From positions 1 through 59,880 of the IMG/VR virus record IMGVR_UViG_3300025888_000275: DNA of 59,880 nucleotides; one strand, 5' to 3'. Below the pieces are notes generated by a model, which was given only the letters and a program-made list of their open reading frames with translations, searched no databases and had not been told where the DNA came from. This stretch comes from a virus (lineage: Duplodnaviria; Caudoviricetes). Positions 28,027-38,294 of the stretch are shown piece after piece; position 1 is the first letter of the stretch, and each line of letters opens with the position of its first letter. Made by a program: the position numbers and the translations under genes.

Positions 28027-28266
28027 TTACAATTGGGCTGCGTTGTGGATGATGTGTGAGAGGGAGTCGATTGACTGGTAGAAGATGATGACGCTTTGGG
28101 TGCCTTTTCGTTCACGAACGATTTTGGCATCGTAGGGGATGGCGGCAAACTGAAGCTGCCGGAATGTGCCGAAGCGGGTTCCGGCGGTGAAGCGGTGGCG
28201 GCACCCTTCGGGTTGTTGGCAGAATGGACAGGGATTCATTTTACCAGCTTTTACCTGTTGGTTCAT
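28027..28266 (-). CDS. Hypothetical protein with CPFC motif
   Basis: MNQQVKAGKMNPCPFC...; overlaps the upstream gene. Confidence 0.4.
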   Translation of the reverse strand: MNQQVKAGKMNPCPFCQQPEGCRHRFTAGTRFGTFRQLQFAAIPYDAKIVRERKGTQSVIIFYQSIDSLSHIIHNAAQL

Positions 28267-28441
28267 AATCGCCGCTTGGATTAAGGTAAACAGTACATTG
28301 ACCATTGTATCCACTGATGTACACTTGATTACTTTCGGTGCTTTCTTTTTTTGCTATTTTAATAGCTTCATTTTTTGATAAGTCCACATAAGTTGCTTCT
28401 GTTTCTAATTTTTCGTTGATAATTTCTACTGAGTGTTTCAT
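28241..28441 (-). CDS. Hypothetical protein
   Basis: ATG with A-rich leader. Confidence 0.6.
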   Translation of the reverse strand: MKHSVEIINEKLETEATYVDLSKNEAIKIAKKESTESNQVYISGYNGQCTVYLNPSGDYEPTGKSW

Positions 28442-28494
28442 TTTGTTTGTGTTTTTAGATGTTATTAAAATATGATTAGATGGTGTGAGTGGAT

Positions 28495-28795
28495 TTATTC
28501 AATAATAACCTTTGGACAATAATCTTCCAACTCGAATAATAATATTAAGTTTTTTAGACAGTCAGAAAAGTTATGTCCAGCATTGCTGCGACAGATGGTC
28601 ATTTCTTCATTATCACCGTACAGAACCGTTTTTGTGGTTTCGTGATCATCAAAAAAATCATCAATGTCGAGCGGAATCAATTCGCCGTCTTCATTAAACA
28701 TTTCTTCATTATCCAAAACTTCATCTTGTCCGTTTTCGTTGTATTCTATTTTTGTACGAAAAGCCGCGCAGATTTCTTCGTTTTGAAGCTTTCAT
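28495..28795 (-). CDS. Acidic hypothetical protein, possible frameshift near the start
   Basis: Frame open from 28791 down to 28495; the ATG at 28795 is one base out of frame. Confidence 0.45.
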
Positions 28796-29278
28796 AATAT
28801 TGATAAATTAAGATTATTCCAGATTGTCGGCCCTGGAATTTGGCCGTGTATGATTATGTTACTTTTTGTAGTTGCCTGATTCTATGAGTTTCCTCATTTG
28901 CCTAACCAGCTTGAGCTGGCTGTTGGTTGCTGATACCTTTGATTCGATTCTGCTTATGTAATCGGTCATTTCCTGAAGTGTCAAAGTAGTTGTCATTTTG
29001 TCGCGTTTTAATTATGACCGAAAGTAAAGGACTTAAAAGACCTAAAACTATGACAAAAGTCATAGTTTGAAAATTATTGCAAAAAAGATTGAAAATGTGC
29101 TGAAATACCAATAAAATAAGGCAAATATAATTTAAAAAAAGTTTTAAAAAGACAAAAAATAGGCTAATTTGTTGAATTGTTAAATATAAAAGTAATAAAA
29201 TAACCGCGCAAAATTGAAGGAAAGGCAAAGAAATTGATTAATTAAACATATAAACAAAGGGGCTTTCAGGCTTCCCTG

Positions 29279-29656
29279 GCAATGCGACTGATGCAATGTG
29301 ACTGATGCAATGCGACTGATGCAATGCGACTGATGCAATGCGATTGATGCAACATGACTGATGCAACATGACTGATGCAACATGACTGATGCAACATGAC
29401 TGATGCAATGTGACTGATGCAATGCGACTGATGCAATGCGACTGATGCAATGTGACTGATGCAATGCGACTGATGCAATGTGACTGATGCAATGCGACTG
29501 ATGCAATGTGACTGATGCAATGTGACTGATGCAATGCGACTGATGCAATGTGACTGATGCAATGTGACTGATGCAATGTGACTGATGCAATGTGACTGAT
29601 GCAATGTGACTGATGCAATGTGACTGATGCAATGTGACTGATGCAATGTGACTGAT
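29279..29656. repeat. 14-bp tandem array, 27 units
   Basis: GCAATG(T/C)GACTGAT, including four GCAACATGACTGAT variants. Confidence 0.95.
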
Positions 29657-29976
29657 GCAATGTGACCAGGTGCAAGGATGCAAGGTTGCATCTATAATAT
29701 AAGGTAGCAATGTGACCAGGTGCAAGGATGCAAGGTTGCATCTATAATATAAGGTAGCAATGTGATCAGGTGCAAGGATGCAAGGTTGCATCTATAATAT
29801 AAGGTAGCAATGTGATCAGGTGCAAGGATGCAAGGTTGCATCTATAATATAAGGTAGCAATGTGATCAGGTGCAAGGATGCAAGGTTGCATCTATAATAT
29901 AAGGTAGCAATGTGATCAGGTGCAAGGATGCAAGGTTGCATCTATAATATAAGGTAGCAATGTGATCAGGCGCAAG
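29657..29976. repeat. 50-bp tandem array, 6 units plus a partial
   Basis: GCAATGTGA(C/T)CAGGTGCAAGGATGCAAGGTTGCATCTATAATATAAGGTA. Confidence 0.95.
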
Positions 29977-30321
29977 ACAATAGAGAAGAAGATATAATAT
30001 ATATTATGGTTAGTATAGACGACAAGGGGAGTCATATATCACTATGTTAAATAGACACGTAAGACGAAACGCTCAGTAGGGCGGGGCGCCCAACACTTCA
30101 CGGAAATTGAAAATTGAAAGTTGTACGATAGGTTTAAAACCACAGGATCAGGAGATTAGGCGACGGCTGTTTTGAATTAATACGCTGAACTTGCTGAAAA
30201 TGAATGGTAATGTTGAGCGGTTGTTACTCCCTGTGCTATGGTATAAAAAATAATTATAATCTTTTCGCTATATTAAATATATTTAGTATATATTTGCGTC
30301 AGGTTTAAAAAATATGATACC

Positions 30322-30705
30322 ATGCGGAAAGGAAAGTTAATTCATTTATTGAAAGGCGATAACGAGGAATTAAACATGGCTGCTGCCGAAGTTAATGCAA
30401 AGTCGAAAGCATCGTATATTGAGGATGTGTTTTTGCATTTGGTGTTGATGAACACTAAAAGGGAAGCCATTCCTGAATTTGAGATTGCAGAACTCGATAC
30501 AGATGGTGATGTAATTGGAATAAACATTGCCCTTGATACGGAAACAAATTACCACTTGCGATTGCTTGCGGTAACCGGTAAAACCAATCCCAAAGTTTAT
30601 ATGCAGAGTTTCCTCACTTGGTTGGCCAGCGAGCATAAGGCAAACGGACGGGTGTGGATTGACGATACACCGGCGAGGGCGCTGCCGATAAGGATGAGAA
30701 AGTAA
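30322..30705 (+). CDS. Hypothetical protein, possibly ribbon-helix-helix type
   Basis: Preceded by a TATATTTG (-7-like) box at 30289-30296. Confidence 0.55.
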   Translation: MRKGKLIHLLKGDNEELNMAAAEVNAKSKASYIEDVFLHLVLMNTKREAIPEFEIAELDTDGDVIGINIALDTETNYHLRLLAVTGKTNPKVYMQSFLTWLASEHKANGRVWIDDTPARALPIRMRK

Positions 30706-30807
30706 GGAAGACGGCCCCCTCTAAATCTCCCCCGAATGGGAGACTTGAAGAACGCTTTGAATGAGATTATTTATAACACAAAAGATTAACCATTAAAATT
30801 GAAGAAG

Positions 30808-31170
30808 ATGAAAACACCATTTAAAACATTTTGGAACTGGTTATTTCCATACAAAAATTATCCATCATGCCTTGCTGAAGAATTGGCAATTAAAACACCT
30901 TATACAGTTGAACAGCTTCAACCAATGATTGATATAATTAAGCATTATTTTGGTTTTGAAATGAAATCAAAAGAAGCTGAACAAACACACATTGTTAAAG
31001 AAAAGTCTTATAAGTGTATTGTTTTTGCAATGGAAAATAAATTTGATTTGTATTTTTCAGCATCAATGCTATACGCGCCTCCAATTGATCCTGATAAAGT
31101 AATTTATAACTCAGAACTTACTGCTAACATAAAAGGTGTAACCCTAAAATTTGAACCAGATGGGAAATAA
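30808..31170 (+). CDS. Hypothetical protein
   Basis: AT-rich ORF followed by a terminator. Confidence 0.55.
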   Translation: MKTPFKTFWNWLFPYKNYPSCLAEELAIKTPYTVEQLQPMIDIIKHYFGFEMKSKEAEQTHIVKEKSYKCIVFAMENKFDLYFSASMLYAPPIDPDKVIYNSELTANIKGVTLKFEPDGK

Positions 31171-31267
31171 CCAACTTGCCCAATACTACAACGAGCAATT
31201 CAAAATCACCCGAACATTAAATTCATTTAAATAGGATTAAACCGCGATTAGAAATCGCGGCACCCAT

Positions 31268-31301
31268 AAAAACCTCCGGCATAAACGCCGGAGGTTTTTT
31301 T
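31268..31301. terminator. Bidirectional terminator
   Basis: AAAAACCTCCGGC-ATAAAC-GCCGGAGGTTTTT. Confidence 0.75.
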
Positions 31302-31346
31302 GTGGGTTAATGGTAAATAGTAAATGAATAAATTGTAAATGAACTT

Positions 31347-31381
31347 GTCCTTTGATGTAAATACAGTTGCCTGTAATATTG
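31347..31381 (+). promoter_or_regulatory. Putative late promoter GTCCTTT-N24-(T/A)TTG, representative copy
   Basis: Same spacing at 38993, 39765, 57037, 59376; near-matches at 16504 and 44847. Confidence 0.6.
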
Positions 31382-31385
31382 GTAC

Positions 31386-31670
31386 ATGGAACGTGAAATG
31401 ACAATATGGCAAGCCATAGCCGAAATGAGAAAACTTACAGCCGAAAACACCAGTTTCTCGCTGGTGTACATGAGTTATAACCGGGGAAAACAAACCAGTC
31501 AGGGAGTGGTGCGGGTGAACAACGCGATACTGCGGACACAAACACATAAGGACGACAATCAGAATGCTGATTACATGCTTAACTACCTTGATAGAGAACT
31601 GAACCTGCCCCGCCAGTTCTACCAAATTGCACTGATGGAATTTAACGGATACCTTACAATACCAGAATAA
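31386..31670 (+). CDS. Hypothetical protein upstream of portal
   Basis: 94 aa ORF closely coupled to the next gene. Confidence 0.65.
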   Translation: MEREMTIWQAIAEMRKLTAENTSFSLVYMSYNRGKQTSQGVVRVNNAILRTQTHKDDNQNADYMLNYLDRELNLPRQFYQIALMEFNGYLTIPE

Positions 31671-31672
31671 TT

Positions 31673-33043
31673 ATGAAAACATATCACAATGGGAATGACT
31701 CGCTGGTTGAATTCGCTGATGTAGCCTACTACTTTTCGGTAAAGGGCGCTGCTTATGGTGAAACAAATACTATTGTATCTACCACACCGAGCATTACAAC
31801 GCCCTTACCCTTATCGATTAGCGGAGGGTATAATATCATATCGGAAGGCGATGATAATAAGTTTCCATACCAGTTGCGGCAACTGATTGATGATAATAAC
31901 CTGATTGGTGGTGTTATTAACCGCCAGCGTGGATTGCAATACGGCCAGGGATTGGCTTTATACCGCATTAAGTTTGAAAACGGCAGTCGTGTTGTTGAAT
32001 GGTTTTGGGACGATAAGATTGGTAAAGACCTTGAATTGTGGGATTACGAGGAATACCTTATTAATGTGTTGCTCGATTTGATTGTGAAACGCGAGTACAA
32101 TACAAAAATTATTGGAAATAAAGGGATGCGTGTTGGTGGCGCTGCTATTCCAACCAGTTTGAAGCATGTACCACTGGCCGATTGCCGCCGTGAATGGCCT
32201 GACGTAAAAGGGATAAACCGCAATATTTTTATTGCTGACTGGCGAAACGGAAATCCTGAAGTGATTGAACGCTACCCTGCGTTTGACCTGGTAAAAGGAT
32301 TGAACCAGCCAACATCTATTTACTACTACAGCGCTTACCAGTTTGGACGGAACCAGTTTGATTTTAATGTCCCTATTTTTCACGGAACGAGAAAGTGGAT
32401 TCAACGGAGCAATGTGGCCCCTGATATACTGAAGGCGCAGAGCGATAATGGCATGAACATAAAGTGGCATATTGTTGCGCCACAAAGTTACTGGGACAGC
32501 AAGCGCACCATACTGGAAGCCAGTTGCAAACAAAAGGGCATACCATACAAGGAACAAATGCTCGAAGACCTGAAGGATAAAGTTTTGCAAGGACTCACCA
32601 AAGTATTGTCGGGTATTGATAACGTCGGTAAATTTTTCTATTCTGAATCGGTTATGCAGGAGCTGGGTATTGGGCGGACTGAAATTATGAAGTGGGAAAT
32701 TACGGCGCTCGATATGAAGGTGAAGGATTTTACCGATGCACAGATCAATATTTCGAAACGGGCCGATAGCGCGATTACTTCGGGGGCCAACATGCCGCCA
32801 AGCCTTGCCAATATTATTGTTGACGGTAAACTTGCCAGCGGCAGCGAAAAACTGTACGATTACAAGTTGTTTATAGCCACCGAAATACCGATTGTACAAA
32901 TGCAGGCGCTTAAAGTAATGAACCTGTGGCGCAGAATGCGTTATCCAAATATTGACGGGCAGTTTGGTTTCTACCACGACATTGTGAAACGCGAGGAGAC
33001 TCTGACGGCAAGTGCAAGGCTGACGAATACGCAGAATGCGTAG
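31673..33043 (+). CDS. Portal protein
   Basis: 456 aa; GDDNKFP N-terminal motif, N.GKFF, LASGSEKLY; position after terL and before adaptor genes. Confidence 0.65.
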   Translation: MKTYHNGNDSLVEFADVAYYFSVKGAAYGETNTIVSTTPSITTPLPLSISGGYNIISEGDDNKFPYQLRQLIDDNNLIGGVINRQRGLQYGQGLALYRIKFENGSRVVEWFWDDKIGKDLELWDYEEYLINVLLDLIVKREYNTKIIGNKGMRVGGAAIPTSLKHVPLADCRREWPDVKGINRNIFIADWRNGNPEVIERYPAFDLVKGLNQPTSIYYYSAYQFGRNQFDFNVPIFHGTRKWIQRSNVAPDILKAQSDNGMNIKWHIVAPQSYWDSKRTILEASCKQKGIPYKEQMLEDLKDKVLQGLTKVLSGIDNVGKFFYSESVMQELGIGRTEIMKWEITALDMKVKDFTDAQINISKRADSAITSGANMPPSLANIIVDGKLASGSEKLYDYKLFIATEIPIVQMQALKVMNLWRRMRYPNIDGQFGFYHDIVKREETLTASARLTNTQNA

Positions 33044-33173
33044 GGAAGACGGAAGACGGAAGACGGGAGACCGAAGCCGGAAGAGCGCGAAGAATAAAGC
33101 TCTTAATGTGGGATTGCTTCGTGCCTCGCAATGACGGTAAATAGTAAATAATTAAATAGTAAATATTTTCAAG

Positions 33174-34250
33174 ATGGATACCATTTTCAATAAGAATAGC
33201 GAGGGGCGCGAAGAGATGCAGAAGTATTTTCCGCAGATACCCGGAACGGTTGAATACAATGAGATTGAGCCTGATGTGGTGGCCGCTCAGGACGAAGTGG
33301 CGAAATACCTTGGCAGTTCGGTTGTTGAGAAGGCTATTGCACATTACCTGAGCGATGATTTCAGGAAAAGTACTGAAGGGCTGGCGGCGGATGAAATTAA
33401 GCGGTTGAAACGTTTGGATACGTTGACCGAACTTACACAGAATGCCGTTACACTTTGGGCATACCGCGATTTTGCGCGGAACAAGGATGCCACACATACA
33501 TCGACCGGCAGGGTTGCGCGGATGGACAAAGGTCAGGATGAAATTAACCTGAAGCTGATTGATGCTGATGATTTGGCATTGATGCAAAAGGCATTAAAAG
33601 CCATGGACCGGCTTATTAAGTTTGTTGATGCCGAACAGTTCGTAGAATGGACCAGCTCGCAGGTGTATAAAGAAACCCGCGAATTGCTGATTTGGAATGC
33701 TGATTTGTTTGAAAAGTATTTCCCAATTGAGCGAAACCGCAGAGTCTTCCTGCTATTGGCACCGATGATACGGAAAGTACAGATTGACCGTATTGTTCCA
33801 CGCCTGGGAAAAGATGCTTTTAACGCGTTACTGGGCAAGGTACAGTTAGTAGCTGTCGAAAATATTGAAACATCTGAGGAGTCGGGATCAGGTTCCGGAT
33901 CGGGTGGTATATTGGTTGAGTTGACGGATGATGAAATGTATTTGTATGATTTGATTGGTTACGCGGTTGCTGAATTTGCCATGGCTGAAGCTTACCTGAA
34001 ATTACCTACCCAATTGTTTACCGAAGCCATGTCCCAGCGTTTCTGGAATGCCGGTAATGGAGCATCGGCATTGACGCTTCGCGAGAAATTGATTGGTGAT
34101 CTTGAAAGGAAAGGAACCGAATCGCTTGCAAGGCTGGAATCGGAACTCGAACGCCGGATTGCTGTTGAAACAGTAACGCCGATTACAGATGATTCGATTG
34201 TGGATATTGCTGACAGGATGAATGTGGTGAATTTGTACCTACGGGTTTAA
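33174..34250 (+). CDS. Putative head-tail adaptor (DUF6712-like)
   Basis: Helical two-repeat protein after the portal; internal SGSGSGSGG. Confidence 0.5.
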   Translation: MDTIFNKNSEGREEMQKYFPQIPGTVEYNEIEPDVVAAQDEVAKYLGSSVVEKAIAHYLSDDFRKSTEGLAADEIKRLKRLDTLTELTQNAVTLWAYRDFARNKDATHTSTGRVARMDKGQDEINLKLIDADDLALMQKALKAMDRLIKFVDAEQFVEWTSSQVYKETRELLIWNADLFEKYFPIERNRRVFLLLAPMIRKVQIDRIVPRLGKDAFNALLGKVQLVAVENIETSEESGSGSGSGGILVELTDDEMYLYDLIGYAVAEFAMAEAYLKLPTQLFTEAMSQRFWNAGNGASALTLREKLIGDLERKGTESLARLESELERRIAVETVTPITDDSIVDIADRMNVVNLYLRV

Positions 34251-34383
34251 TTATTGACTATTAGACAATTTACTATTTACTATTTAAACCCCATGCTTCG
34301 AATGTTGGATTGCCACGTACCTCGCAATGACGGGTTTATTTTAAATAGTAAATCGTAAATAAATAAATTGTAAATAAAAAAGG

Positions 34384-35463
34384 ATGAACAACATACAGAT
34401 ACCACAGCGAGGAATTTATAAGGAGTATGCCGGTGCATGGGATGAAATTAGCCCGAAAGATGCGCCGTATATTGGTAAATGCCTGTACTGGCTGGAGCAA
34501 AAGGAGATTGATGTGGACATGTTCCGTAAACTGGTTGTTGACAGGCTGATTAACCGGGTGAATTCGGCGAACATGCCCATGCAGGGCGATAAAGCCTGGG
34601 ATTTATGGGCGAACGAAGGGCAGTTGGCCGATACGGTGAATTTTTTCTTTAAGATTAGAAGCCCCCACCAAACCTCCCCCATGGGGGGAGGCTTAAAGAA
34701 CGAAGCCCCACCTAAATCCTCCCCACAAGGGGAGGACTTGAAGAACGCTTCGAGTGGGAGTGGTGAAGAACAGGATGGGGTTGCTTCGGCTGCGCCTCGC
34801 AATGACGCCGAAACATACGAGGTTATTCCGAATTTTGTGAAGAATTTGGTACCGGAAGTTAAAATTGGTTGGTTTAAATATTATGGGCCGGATGATTTTT
34901 TGGGCGAAATGAGTTTTGTGGAGTTCAAAGATTTGCTGTATTGCGCCGATAAATGGATGAAAACTAAAGAGGTTTGTTGGCTCGATCGCATGATGGCTAT
35001 TTCGTACCGACGGAAACAATGGTTTTTGGGACTGAAACGCATGATTCCATCGCGTAAATTCGAGAAACGGGTGAAATATAACCCGACACTGGTCGATTTC
35101 CGCATTAAAAAGTTTGAAAAACTGGATATTGGCGCTAAATACATGTTCTTTCAGTATGTAATGGGCTGCATGTACATGATGAAGACGGACGCTGAAGGGG
35201 CTGGCATTGAACTGGACGGCCATATCTGCAACTTATCGATTGTGTTCGATCCGAAGCATAAAACCAAAAAAGAAGATGGTGAACCGGAAAATGAAGATGT
35301 TAACGAACCTGATGATGGTATTGGGTTGTCGGGCGTTATTATGGCTCTGGCCGAAAGCGGTGTATTTGGGAATATCGACCGCACAGCGGAAGCCAATGTC
35401 TGGGACGTGATTACCCGCCTGTACCAACTGGAACTACAGCGCAGGGAATTTGACAGGAAATAG
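34384..35463 (+). CDS. Hypothetical tail-assembly protein with in-frame REP insertions
   Basis: ORF with LAESGVFG C-terminal motif; repeat-derived insert at about 34661-34808. Confidence 0.6.
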   Translation: MNNIQIPQRGIYKEYAGAWDEISPKDAPYIGKCLYWLEQKEIDVDMFRKLVVDRLINRVNSANMPMQGDKAWDLWANEGQLADTVNFFFKIRSPHQTSPMGGGLKNEAPPKSSPQGEDLKNASSGSGEEQDGVASAAPRNDAETYEVIPNFVKNLVPEVKIGWFKYYGPDDFLGEMSFVEFKDLLYCADKWMKTKEVCWLDRMMAISYRRKQWFLGLKRMIPSRKFEKRVKYNPTLVDFRIKKFEKLDIGAKYMFFQYVMGCMYMMKTDAEGAGIELDGHICNLSIVFDPKHKTKKEDGEPENEDVNEPDDGIGLSGVIMALAESGVFGNIDRTAEANVWDVITRLYQLELQRREFDRK

Positions 35464-35592
35464 CCCCCTCTAAATCTCCCCCGTGGGGGGAGACTTGAAG
35501 AATGAAGAAATAAGATAATGATATGAATAGGTACAATATTATAATAACGGATCGTAAAAAGCCCCTCCCTGTGGAGGGGTTGGGGAGGCTAT

Positions 35593-36048
35593 ATGATAAC
35601 AATTTCAGAACTTGATGACCTGGCTATTGCGGCGGTGGCTGCATGTGATACTTTGGTAGATTATGCACTGGTTTCGTCGGAAGCGGAGTTAAAAGATTTG
35701 TTGCTGAAGCTGAAGTTTCCGTTACTGGTTTGCGCATACCCCAGCGCCGATGGCGATGACCGCAATGTTGACAACTATGCCGAAAGCAACCTTGCGTTGT
35801 TTTATGTGCTTACCCCGTTTAAAGAAAGCTTTTCGAAAACAGACCGTACCGATGCATGGGCAAAAACACAACAGGGCATGAAGGAACTGAAGGAATTTAT
35901 TAAGGAGCAAATGACTAACCAGGATAGCCCGTTTTTTGAGTTGTTACAGGATGCCGATTTTGGTAAACGGAGCATCGACCCTGAATATAATTTTCTGGGA
36001 AATGTGGGATGGAGCCTGAAATTTGATTTTACAACGAGCGGACTGTAA
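35593..36048 (+). CDS. Putative tail completion protein
   Basis: 151 aa; PEYNF..GWSL.F C-terminus; positional inference. Confidence 0.45.
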   Translation: MITISELDDLAIAAVAACDTLVDYALVSSEAELKDLLLKLKFPLLVCAYPSADGDDRNVDNYAESNLALFYVLTPFKESFSKTDRTDAWAKTQQGMKELKEFIKEQMTNQDSPFFELLQDADFGKRSIDPEYNFLGNVGWSLKFDFTTSGL

Positions 36049-36177
36049 CCTACAGCCCCCACCAAACCTCCCCCACAGGGGGAGGCTTAAAGAACCTTCG
36101 GGATTGAAAAATGCTGAAGGTTTTTTTATTTGGTGGAAACGGTGTAACTTAGTGGGATAAACCAAAAACTGATTGAT

Positions 36178-36789
36178 ATGAAAAAACTTATTTTCGTAGT
36201 CTTATTTTTGCCACTGCTTACATTTGCCCAGGAGAAAATAACACTATTAGTCGAATCGAATATTGAGTATGCTCCGATTGGATTAAAGCTTATGATCCAG
36301 CCAATAGACAATAAGATGGGCGGGTACCTTACCGTAAAAATATCGGAAGATATTTTTTTTAGAGATGTTAATAAGGGAAAAAGTGCTATTGACTTTAATG
36401 AAGATGCTGTTACTGTTGATATTAATGAAGTGATTATCGGCGGTGGTATTGTGCTTAATATTAGCGACAACATTGATTTCTACGGTGGCGTTGGGATTAT
36501 GACCGGAACCAAGTTCATGCTGAATTATTACAGCAGAAATATCGGCACTACGAAAAACCCAATTTACGAATGGAATTCATCTGATTATTGGACTAAAACA
36601 AATAGTACGATGCTTATGCCAATGGCTTCATTTGGAGTGGTGTTAACAAAGAACAGGCTAAAGTTCTCGATTGGTAACGAAACGGCATTTACAAAGGATG
36701 CGCACTTCATGTCTTCCAAGCTAAATCAAAAGTCGTTTGCCCGGTTATCAAGTTTTACGTTTGGTATTGGATATACCTTTAACTTGTAG
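36178..36789 (+). CDS. Outer-membrane beta-barrel protein (moron)
   Basis: Signal peptide MKKLIFVVLFLPLLTFA, alternating beta strands, C-terminal FTFGIGYTF. Confidence 0.7.
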   Translation: MKKLIFVVLFLPLLTFAQEKITLLVESNIEYAPIGLKLMIQPIDNKMGGYLTVKISEDIFFRDVNKGKSAIDFNEDAVTVDINEVIIGGGIVLNISDNIDFYGGVGIMTGTKFMLNYYSRNIGTTKNPIYEWNSSDYWTKTNSTMLMPMASFGVVLTKNRLKFSIGNETAFTKDAHFMSSKLNQKSFARLSSFTFGIGYTFNL

Positions 36790-36892
36790 GTTTTTTAAAA
36801 AATAATCCACAAAAAAAACCGCTCACTCAGCGGGTTTTTTTATTCCATTCAATTGTTGTAACTTACAGGGATAAACCAAAAAAATCAAATCT

Positions 36893-37195
36893 ATGAAAAA
36901 ACTAACGAATGAATTTACCGGCAAGAACATCCTGTTTACAGGCGACATGCACCTAATTAATGAAAAGCACATGTATTGGCTATTGTGTGAAATGGCTGAT
37001 GCCATACATAAGTCAAGTGTAAGCAAAAAAATTGATTTTGTAGTTGTAGGTGCAAAGGCAGGACCCGCCAAACTAAAGCAAGTTGAAGAACTAAATAACC
37101 AGGGATGCAACATATTGGTTATAGATGAAGAAACTTTTATTCGAAAGTTTCTTGAATTAGAAGAACTTCCTCCATACATTAATTTTTATTACTAA
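36893..37195 (+). CDS. Stand-alone BRCT-domain protein (moron)
   Basis: FTGKNILFTG, SVSKKIDFVVVG..AGPAKL, ILVIDEETF match a ligase-type BRCT pattern. Confidence 0.8.
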   Translation: MKKLTNEFTGKNILFTGDMHLINEKHMYWLLCEMADAIHKSSVSKKIDFVVVGAKAGPAKLKQVEELNNQGCNILVIDEETFIRKFLELEELPPYINFYY

Positions 37196-37209
37196 AAAGA
37201 AAAACCCGC

Positions 37210-37368
37210 TTACTCAGCGGGTTTTTCTTTTTCTTCTTGCTCCTCCAGATACTTGATTAGAACCGTTTCAATGAAATTTGCCATTGTCCGGTTTTCTTTC
37301 TTTGCCTGAGTCTTTACTCGCTCAAATACATCCTTGTCAATCTTTAAACTTGTAGCTTCTTTGACCAT
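37210..37368 (-). CDS. Arc/CopG-like ribbon-helix-helix repressor
   Basis: ATSLKIDKDVFERVKTQAKKENRTMANFIETVL; start at 37368. Confidence 0.75.
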   Translation of the reverse strand: MVKEATSLKIDKDVFERVKTQAKKENRTMANFIETVLIKYLEEQEEKEKPAE

Positions 37369-37520
37369 ATTCTTAGGTATTACTTTGTATTGCAAAAATA
37401 GCAAAAAATTGGACTAAAAAAATACTTTTAGATATTTGTGAAATATATTTTAAATATCTGTTGTATATATGATAGAATATTATTTATATTTGTGCAGGTC
37501 AAACTATAATACGTTTTAAA

Positions 37521-38294
37521 ATGGAAAAGAACTTAGAATTAGCATTAACGAAGTCAATTAGAACATCAGACTCGGGTAATATATTCATTGACCCGTTTTG
37601 TGATTTTTTTGGAATTCAAACCAGAAATCAATTGGACAGGCTAAAACAAGATCCAATTTGCCAAAGTGACATGCAAAAAATCAGCTGTCAGTCTATATTT
37701 GGAGACAAAAAACTAAGGTATTGTATAGGGAAACGCGGCTTTATTCGTTGGATTCAGATCATAAATGCGGCGATTGTCCGCACTGAGTTGCAGGAATTGT
37801 TCGTTCAATACCAGGTGGCAGTATTCGATTACCTATATAACGGCAACGAATCAAAAATCGCCCAGCTCGAAGACATCCGCACCTATGCGTTAAACATCAA
37901 CAGGGCAATTAGTATCAACCGGCAATTGATGGAATATATTGCCGAGCAAAAACAACACCGCGACTTATGCCTTTCTGCCTCGCCAACCGATTGGACACAG
38001 ATAAAAGCAAATCTTTTTCAGGAAAAGCAACTGCCAGAAGCTCCTGAGCAACTGAAGGCAATTGAAATTGAATTGCCAAATGACATTGCCCAGTTGCAAA
38101 ACCTGAAGAAAAATATACAGACAAACCTGCTTAAAACTAAAAACAGGTTGCTGTATAATAGTAATTACAAAAAGGAAATTGAAACACCACTGCCGGAAGG
38201 ATATAAAAAAGAGATGGTAAAACTCCGGATGAAGAAATTTGAAGAGCAGCTTGAAAAAGTAAATCAAAAGCTAATTGAAATTATAAATCAGTAA
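37521..38294 (+). CDS. Second antirepressor (P22_AR_N-like)
   Basis: IDPFCDFFGI..Q..RLK.DPI and GFIRWIQIIN; TATATTTG box at 37485-37492. Confidence 0.65.
   Translation: MEKNLELALTKSIRTSDSGNIFIDPFCDFFGIQTRNQLDRLKQDPICQSDMQKISCQSIFGDKKLRYCIGKRGFIRWIQIINAAIVRTELQELFVQYQVAVFDYLYNGNESKIAQLEDIRTYALNINRAISINRQLMEYIAEQKQHRDLCLSASPTDWTQIKANLFQEKQLPEAPEQLKAIEIELPNDIAQLQNLKKNIQTNLLKTKNRLLYNSNYKKEIETPLPEGYKKEMVKLRMKKFEEQLEKVNQKLIEIINQ

Noticed and set aside
29180-29791. Three overlapping His/Cys-rich minus-strand ORFs (HQSHCISHIASVTL repeats)
   Set aside because: All three frames are open only because the 14-bp unit has no stop on that strand; most likely an artefact of the tandem array
29279-29976. 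Possible CRISPR array
   Set aside because: Units are contiguous with no unique spacers, and no cas genes are present
31958-32977. Long antisense ORFs (this one and those opposite primase, terL, capsid and tape measure)
   Set aside because: Shadow frames of well-supported plus-strand genes with no recognisable motifs
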